A stretch of 64,000 nt of DNA from Octopus sinensis (taxonomy: Eukaryota): contig NC_043012.1 of NCBI RefSeq assembly GCF_006345805.1, positions 22,072,001 through 22,136,000 on the forward strand. Reading direction: 5' to 3'. Positions 11,440-24,840 of this stretch are shown here, one piece after another (position 1 is the stretch's first letter; each line of letters begins with the position of its first letter). The position numbers and the translations under genes are program-made. Under the pieces are notes generated by a model. The model had not been told where the DNA came from and ran no database searches. It saw nothing but the letters and a program-made list of their open reading frames with translations.

Positions 11440-12290
11440 TCTTTCCTTCTTTCCTACCTACCTTTTTTCCTTTTTTTTTCATTAATTCTTTCATTCTTTC
11501 TCGTCCTTTCTTTCATTCTTATTACCTTTCATTCCTTCATTCTCTCTTCTTTCTGTTTTCCTTTGTATTCTTTATTTTCTTCTTTGCACTCATTCATCCA
11601 CTTACTTTTTTTTTTACATTTCATTCATTTCTTTTTCCTCATATTTTCTTCTTTCTCCTCACTTTTCCTTTCAATTTCGTTTCTTCCATTATTTCTTCTT
11701 TTCTTTCCCCCCCACCTGCCCCGCCATAATTATATTTTCCTCATCCCCCCCAACTCTGTTCCATCTTTTAGTCTGTTATTTCACCTTTGTTCATTTTCTT
11801 CCTTTTGTTCGTCTTTTTAATCTCCCCTTTATTTCTTTTAGCTTCCTTTTCCGCCATTTTCCTCTCTATCCTCAATCCTTTGTCATCATTCAATATTTTC
11901 CCATTCTTCTTCCATTTCTCTCTTTTCTTCTTCCTTCTTTTTCTTATTTCCTTTAAAATTCATTCATTTAATTTACATTTTCATTCAGTATTTTGTTTTC
12001 TCCTATCTTCTATTTTATATATTTTTTCTTTCATTCGTTTCCCCCCACCCCATTTTTTTCACTTTTGTCTTCTTCTTCCTTTGTTTCATCTTTTCCTTTC
12101 TTATTTCCTTTGTTTCTTCCTTTTCTCTCTTCTCCCCTCTTTTCTCTTTTTTTTGTCTTTCATTCGGTCATTCTTCTTTGCCATTTTTTTCAGTTTTTGT
12201 TCACTTATATATTTTTCATACCCATTCACACACATCTCTCACTCTCTCTCTCTCCTTTCCTCACTTCATAGACATCTTTCATTTCACCTC
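11440..12290 (+). repeat. ~850-nt pyrimidine-rich low-complexity tract
   Basis: Strongly T/C-biased on the + strand; source of the F/L/S-rich pseudo-ORFs. Confidence 0.9.
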
Positions 12291-13369
12291 ATCCCTTTAC
12301 CGCTGATACATCAAACCATAGGGGGAAGAGGCCCTGTACGTGGTTGCTCGATCTACTAGAAATAGCAGTGTATTCTTCTCGAATTATAACTTGGGGAAAG
12401 GAAGTAAAACATTGACTGATGTATACTCCTAAAGAGACTGGATGGTAATAAGCAAGAAGTGTGGGATTAGGGTTCATTTGGGGTCAAACAACAACGACAA
12501 CAACAACCTCCAGAATATCTTTCATCTTTAAGCAGTTGTTTTAGTCTCAGATCAAGCCTGATTGAGCAGACCTGTAACGCGTCTGCTTCTTGTGTGCAGG
12601 GAAGAACACCAAAGCACGTCGTCTAACGAGTTCATTTTAAAGATAATAGAGTGTGATTTAAGTGAAATTTAGCTACTATTTCATGCGGGTCGAATTTGCA
12701 AGTAGAGGCTGCCTCGATGGCGCATATATTTCGATGGTAGTATTGCTTGTTTGAGATAAGTCCAACAGACACGGCACTGTCACCAACCAACGCTGTTCGA
12801 GATGTATGGTTGACAACGACGTCCTCCATTTCCTCAACCAGTGAAGTAGTGTCTGGTTGTGGGATTATGACAAGGGTCTGTGTAGGACGGAGCCGAATTT
12901 TGTCTCAGTTTATGGCAGTGAGCGACCAACGTTTTCCTTTTAACCGTCTGGAGACGTTGACGTCATTTGTAATTTAGTGAAGACGTTTGAACGTTGCGAG
13001 GACAACAAAATCTTTCTTTTTCAGCTCCTCTCAAGTACAACTGAAAGTAAAAAAATTAGGGTCAGTTTTCAATAATGTCGATAAGAATGGTAAACTTAGC
13101 TCGACTAGATGAAACTAAGTTCAATTTCTGCTTAAAGACTAATCAATGAGTTGTGGGGTATAATTGATTTGGAATGTTTTCATTGGGACACCCTTTAGAT
13201 CACACACACACACACATACACAAGCGCTTTAATATACAAGTGTTTATGCTTCAGTCTTGTGTATGTGTTTGTGCATTCCATACGTGCATGTGTGCACATG
13301 CACATATCTATGTGCGTCCGTCCGTCCGTTCGTCTCTCTATACACACACACACACACACACACAATACT

Positions 13370-13432
<63 letters not shown>

Positions 13433-13486
13433 TCGTTGCTTAGTTTTTCATGGAGGGCTGGCCGGATCTAGTAATCTCAAGATTAA

Positions 13487-13610
13487 TCAGCCGAAATTAC
13501 TACGATGATCCGGTTCTTGACTGAAGACTGAGGGCTTCGAATGTCCCGTCTGTGTTTGTTGTATCGTCTTCTAAGTGTTATGCGTTCTTGTCACAGTTTG
13601 TATTTTTTTA
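13487..13610 (+). mobile_element. Short interspersed element (Penelope-like end), second copy at 29697-29812 (-)
   Basis: Shared ATCAGCCGAAATT..GATGATCCGGTTCTTGACTGAAGA..GCTTCGAATG..GCGTTCTTGTC; both copies between (TA)n tracts. Confidence 0.55.
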
Positions 13611-13649
13611 CATATCATAATATATATATATATATACATACATACATAA

Positions 13650-13860
13650 CGGGAAGGTTTACGAAAATAAACAAAAGACGAAGGCAGGTGGAGTACAAAA
13701 AAACAAATGTATTAGTATGGCGCTCAGGAATAGAAATAGAACAAGTCTTTTACGTTTCGAGCCTACGCTCTTCGACAGAAAGATACACAGAAAAAAAACA
13801 AGGAGAGAAAAAAATGCGTGTAGGAGCTAACGATCTATCATGGCGTCGGGCAGTGGTCGA
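13650..13860 (-). mobile_element. Second copy of the 1378-1606 Penelope-like element
   Basis: Collinear with 1378-1606; flanked by TA repeats. Confidence 0.6.
13746..13783 (-). ncRNA. Minimal hammerhead-like motif (non-canonical core)
   Basis: TCTTT-CTGTCGA-A-GAGC-GTAG-GCTC-GAAA-CGTA-AAAGA; stems perfect, GUA triplet, U at core position 6. Confidence 0.5.
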
Positions 13861-14042
13861 TGCATATATATATATATATATATATACAGCTTATATGAGT
13901 ATATTATTGTGCATATATTATTTAATTTCAATTGCATGATATTTGTTTGTGTTCAGCATCCTATTTTTTTTTGTAATTTCCTTCTTTCTTTTCCCATGAA
14001 GTAATAAAAGATGTGCCTATAAATAATAACAACAACAACAAC

Positions 14043-14092
<50 letters not shown>

Positions 14093-14729
14093 CAACACTT
14101 ACAATAGCAATCACCAACATCACCACCACCACCACCACCATCATCACAAATACCATCGCCACCGTCATCATAAGCATCATCGTCGTCGTTGTCGACGTCG
14201 TCGCTATTATTATTATGATTTTGTTTTTAACGTCTGCAGGGGCAGAAATTTTATCTTTTAATTAAATTTTTGGCATGTGGCATTTCAATCAAACTTTTTA
14301 GCAAATTAGTTGAAGAATTTTGCGGAGATAATGACGGCACTGACGTTTTCGCCTCTCTTCAAGACACAATCTTGCCAATAAAAATACTTTGAAGCAACAC
14401 AGCCTGTGCAGTATCCGCTGTCCACACACACGCACACACAAGTTCTTACACATATAAACACACACACACACACATATATATACAAGCATACATATACACA
14501 GTAATGCATACACTAATATGCAAATAAGCATCGGCACATACACACACATACACAGGCGTAAATATTTACGCACACAGGCATATTACATACCCAGATACAC
14601 GCTCAAGCACATACACACACACACACGTACACAAATAAGGAGGAACAAACATTCATCCACTCACGCATAGACACTTTTACACAAACTCTCCGAGTCACAG
14701 AGAGCACTCGCACACATCTGCGCACGTAT

Positions 14730-14762
<33 letters not shown>

Positions 14763-15246
14763 GGCTCACTTTTGTAGCCGCTCTCACAAATATACATATA
14801 TACACGCAAACAAACCTAGACAAGTAAATGCACAAGCACACAAAAAAAATATATGTATGCACACGTGCACATGCACACACACACACAAAATACATAGACA
14901 CACACATACATTGCCTTTCACTCACACATGCATACACATACCCACACACACACACTCACACCAACGAAAATATACAAACACATGCATACATACATGAATG
15001 CATACATGAATGCATACATACACATGCGTGTATATACATGCAATATACACATTTACATTCAATTGCTCTGACATGGGAGATAGACATGTACACAAGTTCA
15101 ACTGTGCACACACGTATACATATCCATACATACATACATACACACTCTCACACACATATGCATACATGCAAGCAAACTCCATTATATACACAAACATATA
15201 CATGCTTTCATACAGATTAATGCAAAAGCTAAACCAACATATAAAA

Positions 15247-15334
15247 ACTAATTCACACACACACACACACACACACCACACACATATATATATATATGCA
15301 CACACACACACACACCACATATATATATATGCAC

Positions 15335-15365
<31 letters not shown>

Positions 15366-15406
15366 GCACACACACACCACACACACACACATATATATAT
15401 ATGCAC

Positions 15407-15439
<33 letters not shown>

Positions 15440-15440
15440 G

Positions 15441-15475
<35 letters not shown>

Positions 15476-15476
15476 G

Positions 15477-15509
<33 letters not shown>

Positions 15510-15510
15510 G

Positions 15511-15545
<35 letters not shown>

Positions 15546-15615
15546 GCACACACACACACACACACACAATATATATATATGCACACACACACCACACCAT
15601 ATATATATATATATA

Positions 15616-15654
<39 letters not shown>

Positions 15655-15717
15655 GCACACCACACACCACACACACACACACTATATATATATATATGCA
15701 CACACACACACACACAT
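15247..15717. repeat. Compound minisatellite of [G(CA)n(TA)n] units, ~30 nt each
   Basis: Alternating (CA)n and (TA)n blocks rejoined by ATGCAC, about 14 times. Confidence 0.9.
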
Positions 15718-16345
15718 TAACTGAAAAATATGCACACATATATGCACAATAGATGCAGTGTTGTGCGCACACATGCAAAATTACGTATATTCATGCACGA
15801 ATACACATTCTCACAATTACAGAGCCGCCTGCACGCGCTCATGCTCTCATGCAGTTATGCAATGGTATATGCATGTGCAGGTGCTCACAGGTATGCAGAA
15901 ACTCACACACACACAACACACACGCGCGCGCGGTGCATTAGGGTCGTGCACTCGATCAAATAAAAACACGTACGTTATTTGGTTCCATCCTTCTCCTTCT
16001 CGCCATTTTCCCCTTTGTCTTATAGTTTTCTCCCTCTCCTTTGTACACTTATAAACATAGATTTTTGCTACCTGCCCTTCATACATACAAATATACATAC
16101 ACGCATACATAATACACACATAATACATACACAATACACGCAATACACACATATACAATACATATACACATACATACATACATACATACATACAAACATG
16201 CATACACACATACGTATGCACATATTCACAATTTCCAGATATGAACGTTTTGAAGTATGCACTTACTGCCCATAAACAAGCATATACAATATGTGTGTGT
16301 GTGTGTGTGTGTGTGTATCTATCCATATATCCATCCATCCATCCC

Positions 16346-16462
<117 letters not shown>

Positions 16463-17232
16463 AACACCTATGTTCTTCCAGTAATTTATATGGGCTAAAA
16501 TGTTTCAGCTGGACTTCTGTTCCACTAACAGAACCAGGAAACTTTTCGAAAGCCCGTCATGCGACTTATTACTAACACCAAACTTTTAGACCATTTCAAA
16601 ACTGGAGGTCTAAGACAGATAACAAAATTTCCACCTATCAACTTTGTCTTCAAAAATATAAGACTTGGCCACATTAAGCGAATGGTTTGTTGCGATCAGC
16701 AGGGTCTATTTGGAAAGTATGATTAATGGAAGGAGAATCAGAGTTCGGCAAACTAAGAGATGGATAGATAACATCACAACGTGAACAGGTCTTGACAGGT
16801 CTTGAAAGCAACTATCACATGTTATTGCGTATTTTATTGCACCCAGAATTTCTTTTCTCGAACCAGCAATGTATGCGCGTATATATACATACGTCTGCAC
16901 GTCTATCTGCTCTACCAGTGAATAAACACATGTATCCACAAAACACACATACCCTCCGTGGTATCGTTAGATCAGTTGGTGAATATGAATTGAAAGGTTC
17001 AGGTTTAACGTATTTGTGATGAACGAAATTGTTGAAGATTAACAAAGCTTGTGCGAGGTGACCTTATCAATGTTTACTGATCTCAAGATATCGCTTATAT
17101 TCTTTAAGTCGGTGAGTTGAAAGAGTCGTGAGCATGCTACGCAAAATGTTTAGCGGCATTTCGTCCGCTTTTACGTTCAAATTCTGCCGAGATCGACTTT
17201 GGTGAATGTCATGCACTGAACTCTTTGTTAAA

Positions 17233-19041
17233 AGCCGACCAAGTAACACCAGAGTAGTTGACATTGGGTAGGACAGCGCTGTGCTTGAAAAACATCGAAA
17301 AAGGCAATACGGTAGACAATTACAGGCCGATATCCTGTTTGCCATTTATGTGGAAGTTATTGACTAGAATACTCGCAGAGTCAATGTACGAACATCTGGA
17401 AAAAAATGGAGTCCTGCCACATGAGCAGAAGGGTTGCAAACGTAAGTGCAGAGGTACCAAGGATCAACTCCTGATAGACAAAACTGTACTGAGAGACTGC
17501 AAAAGAAGGAAAACTAACTTAAACTTGTGGATTGATTATCGTAAGGCGTACGATATGATCCCACATCCTTGGATAATGGAATGTATGAACCTTTTTGGTA
17601 TTGCATCGAATATTGAGCGATTGCTTGGAAAAAGTATGGCGAACTGGAGGATGGACCTGACAGCATACGGAAGAAATTTAGGGACAGTAGAAATTAGGAG
17701 ACGCATCTTCCAAGGGGACTGCCTGCCCCCACTGATCTTTGTATTGTGCTTGGTACCACTAACACTGATTCTGAGGAAAGCAAAAGCTGGGTATGTATTT
17801 AAAAGCCACCAACAAAAAGTCAACCATTTGTTATTCATGGATGACCTCAAACTTTATGGTAAAGATGAATCCCAAGTCAGTTCCCTCGTTGATACGGTGC
17901 ATACCTTCAGTGCTGATATCAGAATGGAGTTCGGACTGAGAAAGTGTGGTGTGTTAGTATTGAAGAGAGGCAAAATCAAATGTATGGACGAGCTAACGAT
18001 ACCGTCGGGAGAGGTTATGAAGCAGATAGAAGAAACAGGCTATAAGTACTTGGGGATTTTGGAAATGGATAAATAGATGGAGAAAGAAATAACAGAAAAA
18101 TTTAAGGTGGAGTACTTGCGCAGACAGAGACTGATTCTTAAGTCGAAATTAAACGGACGAAATAAGTTTGAAGCTATCAACACCTGGGAGGTTTCACTAC
18201 TTAGATATGGAGCAGGGGTAATCGCATGGACAGTAGACGAACTAAACAGCTTAGACAGAAAGACAAGGAAGTTGCTAACTAGATATGGGACACTTCACCC
18301 AAAAAGTGACACAGACAGACTGTATGTACCAAGAAGAAGTGGGGGAAGAGGACTTATTGGATGCAAACACAACATTAGAGCAGAAGAAAACAACATAGCA
18401 TGGTATGCAAAAAATTCCACATAACCACTATTATCAGAAGAAGGTCAGGCTTGTGTAGGATGACGCAACAACAATATAGCCAGGGTTGTCCATTGGACAC
18501 TTTGCAACAAGTATAAACTTGACAGAGCAAAAAATTGGTACGACCACGAACCCGAAGGCATCATCGAAAATAAAAATGCAAAGATCCTATGGGCTTTTAT
18601 GATTTAGTGAGACCATGAGGTAGAGAATAGGAAGCCAGACATAGTTTTAATTGAGAAAGAAAACAAACTATGCTGGATCATAGATATAGCATGCCCAGCT
18701 GACAACAAGGTATGCGATAAGGAAGAAAGAAAAGTCGATAGATATGACAGGTTAGCTTGGAAGGTTGAGCAGTTGAGAACGATGAAAAAGATAGCAGTAG
18801 TACCAATAATAGTCGGAGCCCTGGGAACAGTGAGCAAAAATCTCGAGAAGTACGTGGAACAAATAGGTGCTGCGATAAGGGTGGAGCACTTGCAGAAAAC
18901 AGCACTGCTTGGAACCGCTCGAATACTCCGGAAGGTACTCGAAAAAAAAGAGGTGTTACTTTAGTTCACTGATTGTGAACAGCTGACACCACAGAACATC
19001 TCCAGCGTTAGAAGCTGTGCAGAGGCAACAACAACAACAAC

Positions 19042-19108
<67 letters not shown>
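17233..19108 (+). mobile_element. 5'-truncated R4/Dong-clade non-LTR retrotransposon (RT plus restriction-like endonuclease), decayed
   Basis: ORF 17258-18076: [38 protein letters not shown]; in-frame after a stop: LDRKTRKLL..HPKSDTDRLYVPRRSGGRGL; then RKPDIV..IDIACP, VVPIIVGALG, KTALLGTARILRKVL; (CAA)n(TAA)n tail 19027-19108. CCHC region appears deleted. Confidence 0.92.
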
Positions 19109-19109
<1 letters not shown>

Positions 19110-19110
<1 letters not shown>

Positions 19111-19463
19111 GTTGAAACCGGAAAGATAGATTCGGTCCATGGTTTATTCCAGACGAGAAATATAACTAAAAGTAACAAGATTATTTGAGCTGTAGCTATG
19201 GTTGCTGCAGAGAGATTTGGATACAAAAGAAGAGAACAAACAGAACTTAAAGAAAAACAGATTGTTTGAAGCAAATCAGACGAAACTGTTTCAGGAATTA
19301 GATGGGTAATTACACGTAACAATGTAACTTGATGTGTAGGGAAGCAGGGCATTCTGGAGAGGGACCTGGGACCAATCTGTAGAGCATAATGATAGAGCGG
19401 AGAGGCTGCATGAAATCCAAGATAGGCTAGGAAATATAAAAGGCCAAGAAGACATTAAAATAA
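19110..19463 (+). mobile_element. Second R4/Dong fragment (pre-RT region) cut by the gap
   Basis: Across frameshifts reads QNRLFEANQTKLFQELDG and FWRGTWDQSVEHNDRAERLHEIQDRLGNIKGQEDIKI, like the segment preceding RT in R4-type ORFs. Confidence 0.65.
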
Positions 19464-19563
19464 NNNNNNNNNNNNNNNNNNNNNNNNNNNNNNNNNNNNN
19501 NNNNNNNNNNNNNNNNNNNNNNNNNNNNNNNNNNNNNNNNNNNNNNNNNNNNNNNNNNNNNNN
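19464..19563. other. Assembly gap (100 N)
   Basis: Exactly 100 N, the usual placeholder for a gap of unknown size. Confidence 0.99.
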
Positions 19564-19761
19564 GTGGGTAGTGGGTGTAGCACAAGTGGATTTTGAAGTG
19601 ATGGAAGGGGCATGGATGGCAGTCAAAATAGGTAATGGTAGTAGATTTGATAGTAGAGTGAGATTGTAGTGGCAGCGGCGGCAGCGGCAGTAGCGGTAGC
19701 AGCGGCGGCAGTGGCGGCAGCAATAGCAGCGGCAGCAACAGCAGCGGAAGCAGATCCTTTC

Positions 19762-19972
19762 TACAATAGGCACAAGGCCTGAAATTTGGGGGAGGGTTGT
19801 AGCCGATTACATCGACCCCACATTCTCAACTGGCACTTCTTATTTTATCTACCCGAAAAGGATGAATGTCGACCTCAATGGAAATTGAACTCAGAACGTA
19901 GTGACGGGCGGTAATTACCGCTAAGCATTTCGTCCAGCATTCTAACGATTCTGCAAGCTCGGCGCCGCCGCC
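19762..19972 (-). mobile_element. Degenerate SINE family A
   Basis: CACAAGGCCTGAAATTTGGGGG..GGATGAATGTCGACCTC..GAACTCAGAACGT. Confidence 0.75.
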
Positions 19973-20204
19973 TTATATAATGTTATAATAATGAAGCCCA
20001 CCAATTATATATATATATATATAATATAATATATATATATAATATATATCAAACTAGTGCCAACGCACGAAACTCTTGACCATGAGTCATTCAGTTACTT
20101 CTGCTGTATATAATAAACTATATTACACTTATATTTTGAGTTCTATTTTCCCTGTTTGCATCAACAACCCCATGTTGTGTCAGTGTGTGCCCGAGCGCGT
20201 GTGC

Positions 20205-20251
<47 letters not shown>

Positions 20252-20552
20252 GTGGGTGTGTGGTATATATATGTGTAGATATATATATATATATATATAT
20301 ACGTATGTAGACGTTATGAACGAAGATTTCTATCATTATGAGTATGTGGTTGTAATTTTATAATTTTTTTTAATATATTTTATATATTATATCTTTTACT
20401 TGTATATTCCCACACCTGTTAGAGAAATTTCCTTATTCAACGGTATTTTTTTCATGGCGTTCTTGCTTTAACGACTAATGAAAAATGCCTAGAAGCTTTC
20501 AGCTTCTGTATTTGAAACTCTGAGTATTATTATGACAACTTACTGATTCTCC

Positions 20553-20608
<56 letters not shown>

Positions 20609-20639
20609 TAGAGAGAGAGAGAGAGTGAGATAGTTAGAT

Positions 20640-20695
20640 CGTAGATAGATAGATAGAGAGATAGATGATAGAAAAAGATAGATAGATAGATAGAT

Positions 20696-20735
<40 letters not shown>

Positions 20736-20796
20736 GATAGATAGGTAGATAGATAGATAGATAGATAGATAGATCAATAGATAGATAGTAGATAGA
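20640..20796. repeat. (GATA)n microsatellite
   Basis: Direct reading. Confidence 0.95.
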
Positions 20797-21098
20797 TAAA
20801 TTCGTCTATTTACATAATATTGGGTCTCATTCATTCTTTTGCTGTCATTATTATTATTATTATTATTATTATATTATTATTAAAAATAATAATAATAATA
20901 TATACATATATAATATCATACATACACACACATACACACACACTCACACAGACACACACACACAATGAACATACACATTAATGTTTCTTTATCTTTATCT
21001 TTTATTAACTTTTAATACTTTTGATATTATACAAAAAAAATTAATTAATTAATTAATTAAAAATAATATATAAATATAAATATTAAAATATACATATA

Positions 21099-21146
<48 letters not shown>

Positions 21147-21421
21147 ATATATTATATATTTATAATTATAAGTTAATTATTTAAATAATTTTTTTAATTT
21201 TAACTTTTATATTTTAAATTAATTTTATGTATTGGCTTATGTTTTTCACTGTTTGATTTGTCTAATAGTGGTTTATCTCTAATATAATATAATATAATAT
21301 AATATATTATACTATCTCTAATTTAATATAAAATAATATAATATATTATACTATAAAATTGGATTTAATCCTAAATCTAATTTTCCTGTAAGTTGGATTT
21401 ATTCCCTAATATATTATATAT

Positions 21422-21460
<39 letters not shown>

Positions 21461-22045
21461 TACACAAGGCTGGTTTGTATGAAGCTTTTCATTAAAAGAA
21501 ACATTAATGTGTATGTGCATATGTGTGTGTGTCTGTGTGAGTGTGTGTGTATGTGTGTGTATGTGTGTGTTTGTGTGTGTGTTTATGTGCTTTTAAAATT
21601 TAGAAAAACAGGCAGGGAAACAGAAAGACAAAGATGCTGTAGGATTTGATTTTGCACACTGCACCTGCTTTGAATGCATAGCGCCTACGCGTGTGCAGAA
21701 CAGTGTGTGTGAGTAAGTGTACGTGAGTGGTGTGTGTGTGCGTGTGTGTGTCTTTGTGCGTGCGTGCGTTTGTATGTGTGTGTTTGTGTGCGTGTGTGTT
21801 ACTTTGTGTTGACGGTATGAAGACGTTTGAAGTGGAATGCAAAGTCACGTTTGGAGAGAGAAAGGAAATTATTAGACCATTGTAGTACATGTGGCTCAGA
21901 TGACGACAGTATGAAGAACAACAAAAACGACGACGGCCATTTGGACAAGATCAGCATCAACAGCAACATCAATGGTTTAAAATACTCAAAAACAACACTG
22001 ACAACTCAACGACATTAACAACAGCAACTTTATAAGCAACAACTT

Positions 22046-22049
22046 GGTG

Positions 22050-22102
<53 letters not shown>

Positions 22103-22126
22103 GATGATGATGATTGATGATGATGG

Positions 22127-22158
<32 letters not shown>

Positions 22159-22250
22159 GTGTGATGATGATGATATGATGATGATGATGATGATGATTGA
22201 TGATGATGGTGATGATGTGATGATGATTGATGATGATGATGATGATGATG

Positions 22251-22310
<60 letters not shown>

Positions 22311-22314
22311 TAAT
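22046..22314. repeat. (GAT)n followed by (AAT)n
   Basis: Direct reading. Confidence 0.95.
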
Positions 22315-22333
22315 AGGAAAATATTGAGGATAA

Positions 22334-22672
22334 ATGCCCTGATGCAGTACCAGACAGTGACTCTCGTGGCTTCTGATCTTAACTGATCATATTTCCAGAG
22401 GTGAATTATTCAAACCCCAAAGAATCCCTCTCAACACACGACTATGATGCACCCCCACTACTTCTGCTCGTGATCAGAGATGCACATATCGTCAGCCACT
22501 AGGGGACAGGCTGGTTATGGTCAAGCAACAGACAAGCAAATCTGTGGTATTGAGCAGAATATTTGCTGTAGCCCATCTTTTATACCAAGACAAAACAATA
22601 TACATGATAACACTTCCAATCAGTTAAGATCAGGAGCCATGAGAGACACTATCTGGTACTGCATCAGGGCAT
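22334..22672 (-). mobile_element. 339-nt element bounded by 54-nt inverted repeats
   Basis: ATGCCCTGATGCAGTACCAGA..CTTAACTGAT (22334-22387) is the reverse complement of 22619-22672; a partial single-ended copy is at 54421-54513. Confidence 0.7.
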
Positions 22673-22683
22673 AGTATAATTGT

Positions 22684-22766
22684 TCAGGTTACTGCTTGGA
22701 ATCGAACTCGGAATCTTGGGGTTAGTTGCACGCGCTCTTAACCACTACGCTATATGCCCGTGGGCT
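22684..22766 (-). mobile_element. Short tRNA-derived SINE or tRNA-like pseudogene
   Basis: rc TAGCGTAGTGGTTAAGAGC (A box) and GAGTTCGATTCC (B box); acceptor stem does not pair. Confidence 0.65.
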
Positions 22767-22770
22767 GCTG

Positions 22771-24840
22771 TTATTATTATTATTATTATTCAGTAGTTTT
22801 ATTTTTATAGCGTGCTTTCACTTCACTACCGAGCGCAGCTCTGTGTGCCTTGGGTATGTGCTGTGATTTGTTGTGATGCTCTGATGGTTATTGTATGGAA
22901 AGTGTTCTGCGTAGGATGTGTGCAGTGCCTAGTAGTGCAATTTTCTGTATGTTATATGTGTTGTAAGTCCTGTGTTTTTGTTTGTATTTGTCTGAATATT
23001 TTTTTATCATGCCTAATGCACCTACTATGATAGGAATTGTTTCTGTTTCAGGTTTCAACATTCTAGTTACCTCTATTTCCAGGTCTTTGTATTTTGAGAG
23101 TTTCTCCATTCTTTTAGAGACACGTTGTCATCTGCCGGTATTGATACATCAATTAGAAAAAATTAAAAATCTTTATGTATGATCTCTGACAACTATATCT
23201 GGTCTGTTGGCCTTAATTTCTCTATCTGTGTGTATCAGCATATCCCAGAGTATGGTTGCTTTCTCGTTTTCTGTGACCTTTTCTGGTGGTGCTTATACCA
23301 TCTTTTTTCTGTGTTATTCCATAATGTGGCATAGCTTCCAATGTATGTAGGTTCCAACTCTGTCATGTCTGTGAATATATTCCTTCTAGCCAGGACTGGG
23401 CAGCTAGAGATAATATGATTTATGGTTTTCTTGTCCATCTCCACATATTCTGCAGTTACTTGTATATTTCTTTTCATTACATGTTTTTGGTAATTTCTGG
23501 TGGGGGGCGCTTTGGTCTGTGCTGCAATTAAAAAATCCCTCTGTTTCTGCTTTTGAGTCCTGAGCTCTCAACCATTGCTGGGATTTTTCTTTGTCTATTT
23601 CTTTTGCGTTTAGTTAGTGCAGTATTTACCATGAAGGGGCTTTTCTTGCATCGTTTATCATGGCTCGTTGCTGTTCTATTTTTAGTTTGGATTTCATTTG
23701 TTTTATAGCTTTTGTTGTTTCTTCATATCTTCTTCTTCTTCTTTGTGTTTATTAGGTGGTATGTTTCTTGTTTGTATTTGTCAGCTTCCTTAAATACTGA
23801 GAACAGTTTTTTTGTTTTGCTCGTGTTTTGCTGCTATCTGGATCAGTTTTCTTCCTTCTGAAGTAGGTATTTTTGCAGTCCTATGGTGGTTATTTTATAG
23901 TAGTTTCCAGCTGTATAAGGCCTCTACCACCTTCTATACGTTGTATATAGTCTTTCTATGTCAGATTTTGGGTGATGCATCCTAGATCCTGTCAGTATTT
24001 TTCTTGTTTTCCTATCTATTTTGGACAGTTCATTTCGTGTCCAGTTAAGGATATTGTAGCTGTAACTTATAACTGGGACAGCTAAAGTGTTGATACCTAT
24101 TATCTTGTTTTAGCATTGAGCTCTGTTTTTAGTATTGATCTAACTCGTCTATAATATTCTTTTTTTATTTTCTCTTTCATTTGGTGTGTAGTGTCTTATC
24201 TAGTTCATGGATTCCTAAGTATTTGTAAGTTTGGCTTTGGTCTAATTCTTTTATTTCATTGGTTTTATCTAGTGTGATGTTGTTACTCTTAACTAGTTTT
24301 CCTCTTTTCATGGTTACTTTGGCGCATTTTTCTAATCCAAATTTCATATCTATTTCTTTGGTAAATCCATGAACTGTCTTTAATAGTGTTTCCAGCGTTT
24401 GTCATTTGCAGCGTATAGTTTTAGGTCATCCATATATAAAAGGTGGCTGATCGTTTTGCCGTAACATTTATATCCGCATCCAGTTCTATTTAGCATATCA
24501 GATAGAGGTTGACAGTGCCAAGCAAAAAGGAGTGGAGAGAGCGTGTCTCCCTGGAATATTCCTCTTCTAATGGGGATGTCTTTGGTTTTCATGAGTCCCT
24601 CTTTTGTTTGGAGGTGTAGGACTGTTTGCCATTTATTCATAGAGTGCTCTATGAATTTTATGATTGTTGGTGCTACTTTGTTAATGGCTAGTGTTTCGAG
24701 GATCCATGTGTGGGGGATGCTATCAAACGCCTTTTTGTAGTCAATCCAGGCCATACTGAGGCCTTTCTTCTTTCTGTGGCTGTCTTCAGTTACGGCTTTA
24801 TTAATCATTAGTTGATATTTACAGCCATATGAGCCTTGTT
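22771..24840 (-). mobile_element. 5'-truncated R4/Dong-clade LINE, decayed, second subfamily
   Basis: WIDYKKAFDSIPH, RGIFQGDTLSPLLF, HLLYMDDLKLY, HIISSCPVLA, ETIPIIVGALG, KIALLGTAHILRRTLS; (TAA)n tail at 22771-22790. Confidence 0.92.

Noticed and set aside
11365-11820. ORF starting with signal-peptide-like MKIMILLAIVLV followed by hydrophobic sequence
   Set aside because: Hydrophobicity comes from the polypyrimidine tract; no splice donor or family motif.
12632-12977. Overlapping ORFs in a GC-richer, repeat-free island
   Set aside because: No recognisable domain or consistent splice sites; cannot be supported without RNA-seq or homology search.
13450-13550. Hammerhead candidates in the 13487/29697 element
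   Set aside because: GGCTG/CAGCC-GAAA present but the core box and NUH are degenerate; CTGAAGA downstream lacks stems I and II.
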